Source: Limnothrix sp. BL-A-16 (GTDB lineage Bacteria > Cyanobacteriota > Cyanobacteriia > CACIAM-69d). From it: DNA of 64,000 nt. The notes under the pieces are model-generated. The model ran no database searches, was not told the DNA's origin, and worked only from the letters and a program-made list of their open reading frames with translations. The DNA lies in assembly GCA_041937175.2 (NCBI GenBank), contig CP166615.1, forward strand, positions 2,144,001 through 2,208,000, written 5' to 3'. Shown here piece after piece: positions 44,047-53,811 of this stretch. Each line of letters starts with the position of its first letter. The stretch's first letter is position 1. Position numbers and translations under genes: made by a program.

Positions 44047-44090
44047 ATTCTGGATCTTGAATTCTGGATCTTGAATTCTGGATCCTGGAT
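44047..44090 (+). repeat. STRR-like heptamer-based tandem repeat (ATTCTGG/ATCTTGA)
   Basis: GATTCTGGATCTTGAATTCTGGATCTTGAATTCTGGATCCTGG. Confidence 0.7.
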
Positions 44091-44242
44091 GTTGGAATGC
44101 TGGCTATTGGGCGACAGCATTTGGATCGCTGCTTTTTAGATCGCCACTTTTTGAATCGCCACTTTTGGCTGGAAGCTTCTGAATCGTGACTGAATGGGCC
44201 GCTTTTGCGCCATTCAGCCTCCTCAACCGATCGCCCCAAAGG

Positions 44243-46057
44243 TTATTTGGGCAATAGCTTCAGCACCGTGCGATTTTCAGGGGTGAAGGTCTTGCGAGCC
44301 ACCCGCTGCACATCGGCCGGCGAAATTGAACCAATTCGATCTAGCTCCGCAAACAAATTGCGCCAATTGCCCGTTTTGGCTTGATATTCCGCCAACAGGG
44401 CCGCCATGGTGCTGTTAGAGTCGATCGCCCGCAGTTGGTTGGCTCTGGCTTGGGTTTTCACGCGCTCTAGTTCCGCTTCGCTCACCGGCTCATTTTTCAG
44501 GCGATCGAGTTGGCGATGCAGTTCCACCGCAATTTCATCCACGGAATGATCCGGTGCGCTCAGGGCATAAAACAGCATCAGCGTTGGGTAGCGATCGCCC
44601 GGAAACCCGTATAAACCCGCGATCGAAAGGGCCAATTGCTTCTCCTGCACCACCGATTGATAAAGGCGAGACGTGCGCCCATCCGACAGCAAACTGGCGA
44701 TCGCCTCATAGACCACATAATCGGGATCCGTCTTGGCCGGTGCGTGATAGCCCTCCAAATACCAAGGCTGCGATTCAAGCTGCAAATTGACCGATCGGGT
44801 TGCCGTTTGGCGCGGTTCCACCGGAATTGGCAAATTGGGCAGGGGCCGCCGTTGGAATCGGCCAAAATAAATTTCCGCCAGCCGCTTCACCTCCGTCGGC
44901 ATCACATCCCCCACCACCACTGCCGTCAGGTTATTGGGCGGGTAATGGGCCTCATAGAAGCGGCGCACATCCAACCGGGTCAGGTTGCGGATGTCCTCGT
45001 CATAGCCAATCACCGGCCGATGGTAAGGATGCACCTTAAAGGCTGCTTCCAAAAACACTTCCACGGCCTTCCCGATCGGGGAGTTGTCCGTGCGCATCCG
45101 GCGTTCTTCCAGGATCACATCCTGTTCCTTATAAAACTCCCGAAACACCGGATCCAGGAAGCGTTCTGACTCCAGCGACATCCACAACTCCAGCTTATTG
45201 GCCGGAAAACTATAGAAATAGCGCGTGGCATCCGCAGACGTGGTGGCATTGAGTCCCACGCCGCCCGCCTGTTCTACCAAACGCCCAAATTCGTTCTGTT
45301 TCACAAAGGGTTGCGCCTGCTGTTCCAGAGCCAGCAACTGTTGGCGCAGTTGTTGGGCTTCAGCGGTTTTGCCCTGGTCGCGGGCCGTTTCGTACTGAAC
45401 CGTCAAGGCATCCATGCGATCGAGAATCGCCTTTTCTGACTCAAAATCGGTTGTGCCAATCCGGCTGGATCCCTTGAACGCCAAATGCTCCAGAAAGTGG
45501 GCCACGCCTGTTTTGCCGTCCGGCTCTTCCGCGCCGCCCACATTGGCATAGGTCATGAAGGAAACCACCGGAGCCTGGTGACGCTCCAGCACAATGAATT
45601 TCATCCCGTTCTTGAGGGTGAATTCAGTGATTTGCTGTTGCACCCGATCGAGGTAGGGCTTAATCGACGCGGCCTTGGCTGTGGCCGAGTGGCCATTCAG
45701 TCCCGCCGCCGTTACGTCTTTGCCGATCACGTTGCTAATCACCGGGCCGCTCATCGGCTCAGTCGTGGGGGGAGTAGAGATGACATCAGAAGCAGCATCG
45801 GGGGCAACAGTCGCAAGGGATGGCGCAGAGAACCATGGCGATGTGTCCAAGGCCCAGGCCACCGGGACCGCACCGGAACCCAACCACAGGGATCCCGTGA
45901 GGCCCAACCAACCGGCCACCAGCCCGATCGCCCGGACAAGGCCAAACCCCTTAGCCCGTAGGACTTGTCCCAGATGATGCACCAATGCCAAGCGATCGCC
46001 CGATCGCCCTAACTGCTGCCATTTGCCGTGATTTATGCCTGACAACATGCCTGCCAA
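44243..46057 (-). CDS. M16 zinc peptidase, catalytic subunit
   Basis: HFLEHLAFKG, LNATTSAD, EERRMR; long N-terminal extension, start uncertain. Confidence 0.92.
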   Translation of the reverse strand: MAGMLSGINHGKWQQLGRSGDRLALVHHLGQVLRAKGFGLVRAIGLVAGWLGLTGSLWLGSGAVPVAWALDTSPWFSAPSLATVAPDAASDVISTPPTTEPMSGPVISNVIGKDVTAAGLNGHSATAKAASIKPYLDRVQQQITEFTLKNGMKFIVLERHQAPVVSFMTYANVGGAEEPDGKTGVAHFLEHLAFKGSSRIGTTDFESEKAILDRMDALTVQYETARDQGKTAEAQQLRQQLLALEQQAQPFVKQNEFGRLVEQAGGVGLNATTSADATRYFYSFPANKLELWMSLESERFLDPVFREFYKEQDVILEERRMRTDNSPIGKAVEVFLEAAFKVHPYHRPVIGYDEDIRNLTRLDVRRFYEAHYPPNNLTAVVVGDVMPTEVKRLAEIYFGRFQRRPLPNLPIPVEPRQTATRSVNLQLESQPWYLEGYHAPAKTDPDYVVYEAIASLLSDGRTSRLYQSVVQEKQLALSIAGLYGFPGDRYPTLMLFYALSAPDHSVDEIAVELHRQLDRLKNEPVSEAELERVKTQARANQLRAIDSNSTMAALLAEYQAKTGNWRNLFAELDRIGSISPADVQRVARKTFTPENRTVLKLLPK

Positions 46058-46797
46058 TCGTGGGTATGTGTTGAAGTGAGAATTACAGTGCCGAGCGCGT
46101 TCAAAGAGCGTTTAAGGGTGGAGAAAAACAGCACCCGCCTCAGGCAAATTTAAAGAAATATTGCCTTGACCGAAACACCAGCCTGGTGACCCAAGCTGGC
46201 GAGCAGCTTCCAGCATAGTCGAGCCGCCGGATTTCATGGGCAGTTCAGAGCCGTCAGCCAAAACTTACGGAATCATGAACTTCGGTAGGCAAAGGATCAG
46301 TTTTATAACGTTCCCTTAATCCCAGACCCAGTATCCCCTGGCCCCGTTGACAATAGCGATCAATAGAGAAGCGCGATCGCCCGGACACCACCAGCCCCCT
46401 GAGGTGCTGAAGCGGTTGCTCCCACCATTGCGCGATCGCCATCTATGGTGCAACTGATGGCGTGATCCTGTAGGCGCGTTTGTGGCGCGATCCTGTGGGC
46501 GCGATCGCACTGATCAGCGTCTGTGGGCATGGGTGTTTCGTTACAAGTTTCTTGACCGGGGTTGATGAGGTCAATGAGTAGGGGCGATCGGTCAGGTCAA
46601 TCCGCAGCATTGCAGAGCGATCGAGAGATTGGCCCCCACTGCTCAGTTCATCTCAATACATCCTCAGTTCCTCAAAACGGTTTGCCCCTTGTCGTTTTCT
46701 CTTGACTTCCTGTTGTTCACCCGTCTTTTTTCCTAATGGTCGATCACCCCTTTTTGCATTCTTAATCCCACTGGCTTGCGTCCAAGGAGTCCTAGCC

Positions 46798-47421
46798 ATG
46801 CTGCGTATCGCTCACCGCCCATCCCCTTCTGAAACTGAAACCCGCACCCGCATTCTGCAAGCGGCTCAGCAGCTATTTGCCCGTCAGGGTTACGATGCCA
46901 CCACCACCCGCGACCTGGCCCGGGCGGCTGGCGTGGCCGAAGGAACCCTGTTTCGGCATTTTGATCACAAAAAATCAATTTTGGTGGAAATTGCCACCCA
47001 AGGTTGGGTCGAAATTCTGACAGATTTGCTCATGGAACTGAGCGAAATGGCCAGCTATCGAGCCATCTCGCAAGTCATGCGCAAGCGGATGAGCAACCTG
47101 AAGCAAAATGCCGACATGATGCGAGTTTGTTTCATGGAAGCTCAATTTCACCCAGAATTGCGCGATCGCATCCAAGTGGAGGTGATTGCCAAAATGATGG
47201 ATGTGACTGAGGCCTTTTTCCAAACTGCGATCGATCGGGGAATTTATCGCCCCATGAATCCCCGCATCATTGCGCGGGTCTTTTTGGGCATGTTCGCGAT
47301 CGCTGGCTTCAGCGAGTTGACCATTATGGAGCCGAATATTTCCCCCCGAGAGCTTCAGGAAATGGCTGAAGGCATTGCTGATATTTTCCTCAACGGAGTG
47401 CTCGACAAAACCAACACCTAG
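46798..47421 (+). CDS. Conserved cyanobacterial TetR regulator (possibly PfsR-like)
   Basis: RILQAAQQLF...TTTRDLARAAGVAEGTLFRHF HTH. Confidence 0.9.
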   Translation: MLRIAHRPSPSETETRTRILQAAQQLFARQGYDATTTRDLARAAGVAEGTLFRHFDHKKSILVEIATQGWVEILTDLLMELSEMASYRAISQVMRKRMSNLKQNADMMRVCFMEAQFHPELRDRIQVEVIAKMMDVTEAFFQTAIDRGIYRPMNPRIIARVFLGMFAIAGFSELTIMEPNISPRELQEMAEGIADIFLNGVLDKTNT

Positions 47422-47510
47422 TAGCTCAGCAGGTAGTAGCTCAGCAGGGCAACGGTTAAACGGTAAAAAACTTTTGCCAAATTTACCTGCCAAATTTACC
47501 TGCCGCGCCC

Positions 47511-48146
47511 CTAGACCTGGTGCAATGTGGCAATCACCCAAACATCGCAGAGCAATAGCAACAGGGCACAACCCAGTAGGGCGATATACATCCAAGGTTG
47601 CGCCAAGGGCCTGACATCGCGCATATCCAGGCCCGTTTGTCCTTGCACTTGCTTCACCAAACGGGAAAAGCCCGCAACCCGCATGGGCAGCAAATAGCCT
47701 TCGCCCGATCGACTCAGGAAATAGTAAACCAAGCCGCCTTGGCCGGTCGTTTTGGGTTTCAGCGCTTGGATATCGCTCCAGGACAAAAACCAACCCTTAC
47801 GAATCAGCCAGCGAAACCAAACGGGATAGGTGACGCGGATCCCTTCTGTGGTTAGCTCCACTTGCTCAGACAAGGCTCCCCACAACAACACCAGCCCGAT
47901 CGCCAGGCCAACCCACAGCATCGAGGGTGAAATGCTTGGGGAAATGCTCGGATCGTGGGCTGCCCCATTCACCTGGGTCAAAAAGGGTAGCGGAAGGGTT
48001 AGGGCCCCATACAGCAAAACCAGGGTGAGCCGAATCAAAATTGAAATTCGGTAGGTTTTGGGAAGGGGGAGTTCTGGGGCGATCGGGGATTGGGGAGCCG
48101 CTGCGGACGAGGACGGGGCGATCGAGTTCGGAGGTGGCGAAGACAT
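47511..48146 (-). CDS. Conserved membrane hypothetical protein
   Basis: Three TM segments; TTGQGGLVYYF, LLPMRVAGF, VRPLAQPWMY. Confidence 0.8.
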   Translation of the reverse strand: MSSPPPNSIAPSSSAAAPQSPIAPELPLPKTYRISILIRLTLVLLYGALTLPLPFLTQVNGAAHDPSISPSISPSMLWVGLAIGLVLLWGALSEQVELTTEGIRVTYPVWFRWLIRKGWFLSWSDIQALKPKTTGQGGLVYYFLSRSGEGYLLPMRVAGFSRLVKQVQGQTGLDMRDVRPLAQPWMYIALLGCALLLLLCDVWVIATLHQV

Positions 48147-48240
48147 CCAGCAAACTCCTCAGGCTTCACGATTCTTGATGGTTTTCGCCTCTAGGGTAAC
48201 GCGCTGGCTCGATCGCCAGGGATCAGCCGCCAAATAGGAT

Positions 48241-48272
48241 AAACCCCCGGTCGCGATCGCCACTGGGGGTTT
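48241..48272 (-). terminator. Hairpin downstream of psaM (HIP1 in the loop)
   Basis: AAACCCCCGG...CTGGGGGTTT. Confidence 0.55.
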
Positions 48273-48382
48273 GCTCAACCGATCTTGAACAGGTTCGCGA
48301 TCGCGACCCCCCAAGACCAAGAACTCAATGATCGAGAGCTGTCGATTAGCTGCCGATCAACTGCCGATCAACGGACTCGAAC

Positions 48383-48475
48383 TTACTTGTACAGTTCGGT
48401 CGAAAGGCGGAAAGCCAGAATGCCGGGGATGATGGCAATAACTAGGGCGACGTAAACTTGCGTATCCGAAAGCAT
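48383..48475 (-). CDS. psaM: Photosystem I subunit XII
   Basis: Hand translation MLSDTQVYVALVIAIIPGILAFRLSTELYK (30 aa); below the ORF-track cutoff. Confidence 0.97.
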   Translation of the reverse strand: MLSDTQVYVALVIAIIPGILAFRLSTELYK

Positions 48476-48621
48476 CGCTCTAAAGACTCCAGATGTTAAA
48501 GGGACTGACTTCACTACTTTCAACCACCCGGCTCAATTCAGGAATAGGTTCGTTACAAGGCGTAATAACAGCGTTAGGCTAGTAGGAGTTGCAAAATTTG
48601 CCATCAGACCATTGGCCCGAA

Positions 48622-49410
48622 ATGCTCGATCAGTTCCTCGACTTTTACCCCAGCTTTGGCGTTGACACCGCGCTGTTGTTATTGGTGTTGGTGGCGTTGG
48701 AGGCCGTGCTCTCGGCCGACAACGCAATCGCCCTCGCGGCGATCGCCCAAGGATTGCAGGATCCCCAACAACGCACCCGGGCCTTAAATTTTGGGCTAGT
48801 GGCAGCTTTCATTCTGCGCATTGCCCTGATTTTGCTCGCCACTTGGGTGATCCGCTATTGGCAAATTGAAATGGTGGGGGCCCTCTATCTCCTGTGGCTC
48901 AGCTTCAAGTTTTTCACGGGGGAAAATGACGACGATGGCGAGGGCCACAAGGCATTTCGGTTCCAAAATCTTTGGCAAGCCGTTCCCACCATTGCGCTCA
49001 CTGACCTGGCCTTTTCCCTGGATAGCGTCACCACCGCGATCGCCATTTCTGACCACACCTGGCTGGTGCTGACAGGGGGAACCCTAGGAATCATTACCCT
49101 GCGCTTTATGGCCGGGCTGTTTATCCGCTGGTTGGATGAGTATGAAAACTTAGCGGCCGCCGGCTATGTCACCGTGGGCTTTGTTGGTGCGCGTCTGTTT
49201 TTGAAGGCGATCGAGGGAGCCTTGGGGGTCGATCTTTGGGTTCCGCCCGATTGGATGACGATCAGTTTCATAGCCATCACCTTCATTTGGGGATTCTCGG
49301 TGCGTAAGGAGTCCGTACAAACGGAAACGGTTGCCGCAGAGTCGATCGCCCCTAACCCCACCTCCGAAGCCCAAGACCAACCAGCCCCAGAGCCGATCGA
49401 CCAGCGATAG
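48622..49410 (+). CDS. TerC family membrane protein
   Basis: LEAVLSADNA, DLAFSLDSV. Confidence 0.93.
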   Translation: MLDQFLDFYPSFGVDTALLLLVLVALEAVLSADNAIALAAIAQGLQDPQQRTRALNFGLVAAFILRIALILLATWVIRYWQIEMVGALYLLWLSFKFFTGENDDDGEGHKAFRFQNLWQAVPTIALTDLAFSLDSVTTAIAISDHTWLVLTGGTLGIITLRFMAGLFIRWLDEYENLAAAGYVTVGFVGARLFLKAIEGALGVDLWVPPDWMTISFIAITFIWGFSVRKESVQTETVAAESIAPNPTSEAQDQPAPEPIDQR

Positions 49411-49720
49411 GGCTTTTGGATCAGAAATTCCCAATAGAGCCAAATAGCTCTAAGCAAATCCAAAATCATTCCAAAAATCCGAAGGATTCCGAGCTGCTCC
49501 GCCGGATCTTTCGGATTTGCTGTTTGGAGGTGGACTCCAATTGGTGCAAATAGACTCAGGAATAAACTGCAAAATGAACCGCCCAGCACAGTATTCCAGG
49601 GCGATCGCTCAAATGTTGAGCAGGCATGGCAGACCCACAGTTGGGTATTGAACGAACCAAAGCCGCGATCGCAGGATGGACTGAACTAGGCGGATAACCA
49701 ACCTAACGGAGCAAAGAACC

Positions 49721-49882
49721 TTAGGAATCGAGACGCTGCCGCGAAAGGGCTTGCAACTGTTGCAACAGGGACTCGATATCCGCTTGCAGGTGCAGGAACT
49801 CAATTTGTTGCTTGACATCGAAGGGCAACTGCACTGCCTCTGCCGCCGCCGGTTTACTTACCACAGAAGACGCACTAGCCAT
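49721..49882 (-). CDS. Small coiled-coil hypothetical protein (53 aa)
   Basis: ATG 49882; QQIEFLHLQADIESLLQQLQ heptad motif recalled from cyanobacterial small proteins. Confidence 0.6.
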   Translation of the reverse strand: MASASSVVSKPAAAEAVQLPFDVKQQIEFLHLQADIESLLQQLQALSRQRLDS

Positions 49883-50265
49883 AGGTTTACTGAAGAAAAA
49901 TGAAGATCGTGGTGGTTTGAAGCAAGTATTTTGGCGCAATTCTAACGCGAAGTTTACAATTGTCCACCCCTCGTTACGAATTAACCCCGCCTGAGACAGA
50001 CCCCGATCGAGACTCTATGACCCACAGTGCGGGCCGATCGCCCCATTTCCTGTGCTCCGGGTGTGGGTTTCCGATCCGGAACCTCACCCCCACCAAGTCC
50101 CCGGGGGATCGTTAACCTGTTGCCAGGGGCCGCGGTCATTTTGCCCGGGACGACTTCTCATTCTGTGGCTCAACTCCACATCCTCAACCCATTGCTTAAT
50201 TGGATCAACTAATTGAATAGTCAAGATCAACTAATCACTAGACCAATTGCCTAATTGAATTCACT

Positions 50266-50438
50266 AGACCTCTTGCGCGAATCAGCTAACAGCCCTCATC
50301 CCCCAACCCCTTCTCCCAAGGAGGGCGAAGGGGAGCCAGAAATCGAGAATAACGGCGATTTCGCTGTTGGTTGTCAAGTCCCTCTCCTGACTTGGGAGAG
50401 GGATTTAGGGTGAGGGTTTTGATTGATGCAAGAGGTCT
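50266..50438. mobile_element. MITE family C (173 bp) carrying GC-rich hairpin repeats
   Basis: TIR AGACCTCTTGC / GCAAGAGGTCT; 3-bp ACT duplication; internal CCCTCATCCCCCAACCCCTTCTCCC...GGGAGAGGGATTTAGGGTGAGGG. Confidence 0.85.
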
Positions 50439-50757
50439 ACTAAACCAATTGCCTGATTAAGCCGATCGCCCCGTTGAAAGATCGCCACGGAAAATCGCCG
50501 AAGCCTTCAGGCGTTCAGCATTTCCAGGAACGGATTCCCAGGAAAGTACGCTCAGGAAAATTATTTGCAGGAAATCAACCTTCAGAAACTGAATCACGAT
50601 GGATCAGTCGTCAAAGTGTCTTGTCGTAAACCGCCTTTCTCTTGAAGTGCTGAAGGCTGGGACGACAAAATCAGCATTATTGATTTTTCTTGATTAATTT
50701 CGTCTCGATCGACTGCATCTCGATCGGCTCTGGTGGGTTGAACATACCCTTTGATCA

Positions 50758-50822
50758 GAAAGAGTGCCGACGACTGTCCGTGTTTCGTCTCGGCACTCTT
50801 ACTGGTTCGCTCCTCACACACC
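50758..50822 (-). ncRNA. yfr2: Yfr2-family small RNA
   Basis: Minus strand reads GTGTGTGAGGAGCGAACC, then stem AGAGTGCCGA / TCGGCACTCT with GAAACACGGACA loop; -10 TATCAT at 50834-50829. Confidence 0.8.
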
Positions 50823-51463
50823 ACCAGAATGATAGCCGAGGAATTTGAATCTGTCACCCCATCGCCACCCAAAATCCATCAAAAATTCACGTCCTTGTCA
50901 TGGAAACCCATCCCCATCAAGGGTTGGGGCATTTAAGAAATTTTTTCGCGCGTCATAATTTTGGGGCTGAATCGGCGCAAATCCTGTGGATCGCCCCCCG
51001 ATCGCGTTGTATCGATCCAAGGAAGCAACTGACTAAGGCAGTTTTCTCAAAATATTACCCAAAACATCTACTCATCGATATAAACCGATGAAATGAATCG
51101 AGATCAAATGGGCCAAGTCAATGTCAAATCAGCAAACCCAACCAGCCGATCGAGCAGTTCATGTCGCCCAGATCAGGGATTGTGGCTTGTTTGACCAAGC
51201 CCAGGAAAACTGTGAAAAAATTGGGCAGACATCTACCCGAGTTTTTCCCGAGTTTTGAATATACTGGGCAGCAATAGAACTTTGATACATCCTCCATCCC
51301 AGATCGAGACCAGCAGCCCGAAACGAGAACCCATGAGATTTTGGGTGCAATGTAAACGAGCTGTTTCAGGAATGGGGCCTCCGTATTTTCACGGTTATGA
51401 TACGGATGATCCCTTGGGCTATCTACTTTCGATCGCTGTCCCTTTTGCACTGGGTTTCCTGTC

Positions 51464-52231
51464 ATGTATTCGCCTCTGACGCAGTCCGAATTTGATCGCC
51501 CCTTCCTGACTTGGCAGCGTGTGCTGGATTGGGCCCAGGATCACTACCGCTGCCGCACTTTCGGCAAAGATGAAAAGATTCCCACTCGCCCGGGCCTCTT
51601 GTATCTCGTAGAGCGCGGTGCGGTGCGACTGGTTGGCTCGTCGGTCATGACTGCCACGGCTGCCATTCAGGATCAAGATGAAGACGAGGACGGACTCGAT
51701 CCCGCAATGGATGAGGCTTTTCTGGGGTTTGTGGGGCCTGGGCAGCCCTTTGAAATCATTGCCCAGTCGCCCTTCGCACTCCAAAGCTACGCCCATGTGG
51801 ATCGCACCAGTGTGCTGTGGATGTATTGGAACGACTTGGAAAATTGGCCCCACTTCCGCCGTGAAGTGCTGGATGCGTTCCGTCAACAGCACCAACGGAA
51901 GCTGCTGTGGTTGAGCACCTTGGGCCAACGCCGCACGATCGATCGCCTGTTGGGCTATCTGACTCTTCTGATTGAGGAGTTTGGTCAAACCTGTGACGAT
52001 GGCTATTACTTGCCCTGGACGTTAACCCATGCCCAAATTGGCAGTGCGATCGGCTCAACGCGAGTGACCGTGACCCGCCTGATGGGGAAACTGCGGAAGC
52101 GCGGCCTGATTAGCACCCACGGCGATGGTCTGATTTGCCTGCCAGCGGAAGTGATGGGTAAATCCTTACGAGATGTCAGCCCCAAAGCAACCCTGATTAC
52201 CGAGTCTCTGCCCCTAGCTGCGGCCGTGTAG
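51464..52231 (+). CDS. devH: Crp/Fnr-family regulator, DevH orthologue
   Basis: RPFLTWQRVLDWAQDHYRCRTF, NWPHFRREV and LTHAQIGSAIGSTRVTVTRLMGKLR match DevH as recalled. Confidence 0.85.
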   Translation: MYSPLTQSEFDRPFLTWQRVLDWAQDHYRCRTFGKDEKIPTRPGLLYLVERGAVRLVGSSVMTATAAIQDQDEDEDGLDPAMDEAFLGFVGPGQPFEIIAQSPFALQSYAHVDRTSVLWMYWNDLENWPHFRREVLDAFRQQHQRKLLWLSTLGQRRTIDRLLGYLTLLIEEFGQTCDDGYYLPWTLTHAQIGSAIGSTRVTVTRLMGKLRKRGLISTHGDGLICLPAEVMGKSLRDVSPKATLITESLPLAAAV

Positions 52232-52600
52232 GCGAGATTACGCGATCGGGACTATGGCGGGGCTATGGCGAGGCCATGTGGGCATTTTTCGCTGCTCCCG
52301 TCACTGTCCTATTCACTGCCTTAATTGTTGGTTGTTCCCAAGGATCCTCGGTTGAAGGAGCAGCAGCCTACGGCAAACCTACACCGCTGACGCAAAATAG
52401 AGACGGTTCTGGTTGAAAGTGACGGAAACGGAAATCAATGAGCCGGATTCTGAACCATGGATTCAGAGTCCGGTTTCGATCACTTTCCCGTGAGTTCGCT
52501 TTCGGCTTAGAACTTTGGTTCGCATCGTCGCTGGGAGGGGGAAAATGCCAAGCCAGGACGATTGCTGTTGCTCTTTTTTGGTACTGCTGCACCAGGGCCT

Positions 52601-53701
52601 ATGACGGCGCAATCTTCGGTTCTTGATCTTGCTCGCCAGGGGGATCCCATGGCGATCGCCCGGTTGATGAATCAATCCCTTGAGCCTGCCGGGGTACAAG
52701 TCCGCACGGATCTCGTTCAGGATTGCCTGACAGTGATGGCGGCGGGCGAGTTGGGGCCGCCGGATCAGGACTTTTTGGTGGATTTTGTGCGGCGGGGAAT
52801 GCTGGGGCTGGCTGCGCCCGTGGTGCGGCGGGTGGTGGTGCAGGGCTATGCACCCGGGGCGGCGGCTCCCAGTTGGCAAATGGGCATTGATTTGCAAGAG
52901 GCCGAGACGATCGCGCCTCGCCCCTTGGTGGCCAATCCTGCGAGCCGATCGCGCCGGGCCGGAGGGGCACGTTCTGGGCAGCCCTCGGGGCGATCGGTTG
53001 TTCACACTGTGGCCGCCACGGATGCCACCCTATCCACGCCACGGGTCATCGGCTGGGTGAGCATTTTGGCCTTGGCGATCGGGGCCACGGCGGCAGCTCG
53101 TTGGGCCATCGCTTGGCTCGGAGAAACCAACATTTACGAAGTGACCTATGTGGGCCATTTCCTCCGCAGCTTGGAAATCTTGGAACTGTTGAATCTGCTG
53201 GTGTTTGCCGTGCTGGGCATGGGCGCAGGCATTGCGGCCGGTGTGTTGCCGCCCCCTCGGGGCCAACAACTCACCGCACTCGTGTTGGCGGTGGCTGTGC
53301 CCGGCCTGTTCGCCATTGCTCCGGCCGTGCGACAACAGGCCTGGATTAACCGCGCCGCCGACCATCAGCGGATCACGCCCGAGCAAGCCAAAGTCCAAGT
53401 TGAGCGCTTTTTGAGCAAGCAGGTGGGACAAAGCGGCCTTTGGGGGTTTTATACCTATTCAGCTCGCTATCCGGAATTGCCCTTGGCCCCGGATGCCATG
53501 CGGGAAATTCCCACCATCGATCGACAGGTAAAAGCCACCTTGGCCAATTTGCTGCGCTGGCAAACCAAATCCATTGAGCAACTGTTGGAGGGTTGCACTT
53601 GGGGCGTGCGGGGTTTTTATCTCCTGTTGGCCGTGCTCACCACCTTGACCCACTTTCAACAGGGCTTGCGCTACGGGTGGCGTTGGTTTGGCTGGCGCTA
53701 G
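52601..53701 (+). CDS. Hypothetical membrane protein
   Basis: N-terminal LARQGDPMAIARLMNQSL domain common in cyanobacteria; several TM segments. Confidence 0.75.
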   Translation: MTAQSSVLDLARQGDPMAIARLMNQSLEPAGVQVRTDLVQDCLTVMAAGELGPPDQDFLVDFVRRGMLGLAAPVVRRVVVQGYAPGAAAPSWQMGIDLQEAETIAPRPLVANPASRSRRAGGARSGQPSGRSVVHTVAATDATLSTPRVIGWVSILALAIGATAAARWAIAWLGETNIYEVTYVGHFLRSLEILELLNLLVFAVLGMGAGIAAGVLPPPRGQQLTALVLAVAVPGLFAIAPAVRQQAWINRAADHQRITPEQAKVQVERFLSKQVGQSGLWGFYTYSARYPELPLAPDAMREIPTIDRQVKATLANLLRWQTKSIEQLLEGCTWGVRGFYLLLAVLTTLTHFQQGLRYGWRWFGWR

Positions 53702-53811
53702 GCTGATCCACGACTCGCAAAGAGATTCAGAAATTCAGTTGGTAGAATCAGGTCAACTTTCTTGGGTAGATAGTTTCACTGTCGCCCGCTCGATCGCACC
53801 CTTCTGCAACT

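Noticed and set aside
18529..46057. TldD/TldE, M16 and PepP as a RiPP maturation cluster
   Set aside because: The genes are dispersed housekeeping peptidases; no precursor, YcaO or other modifying enzyme is nearby.
46081..46460. 6S RNA or riboswitch between the M16 and TetR genes
   Set aside because: Only short hairpins; no recognisable consensus.
50809..50820. Yfr1 on the plus strand (GCTCCTCACAC)
   Set aside because: The motif is imperfect and lacks a following terminator; promoter and loop motif support Yfr2 on the minus strand.
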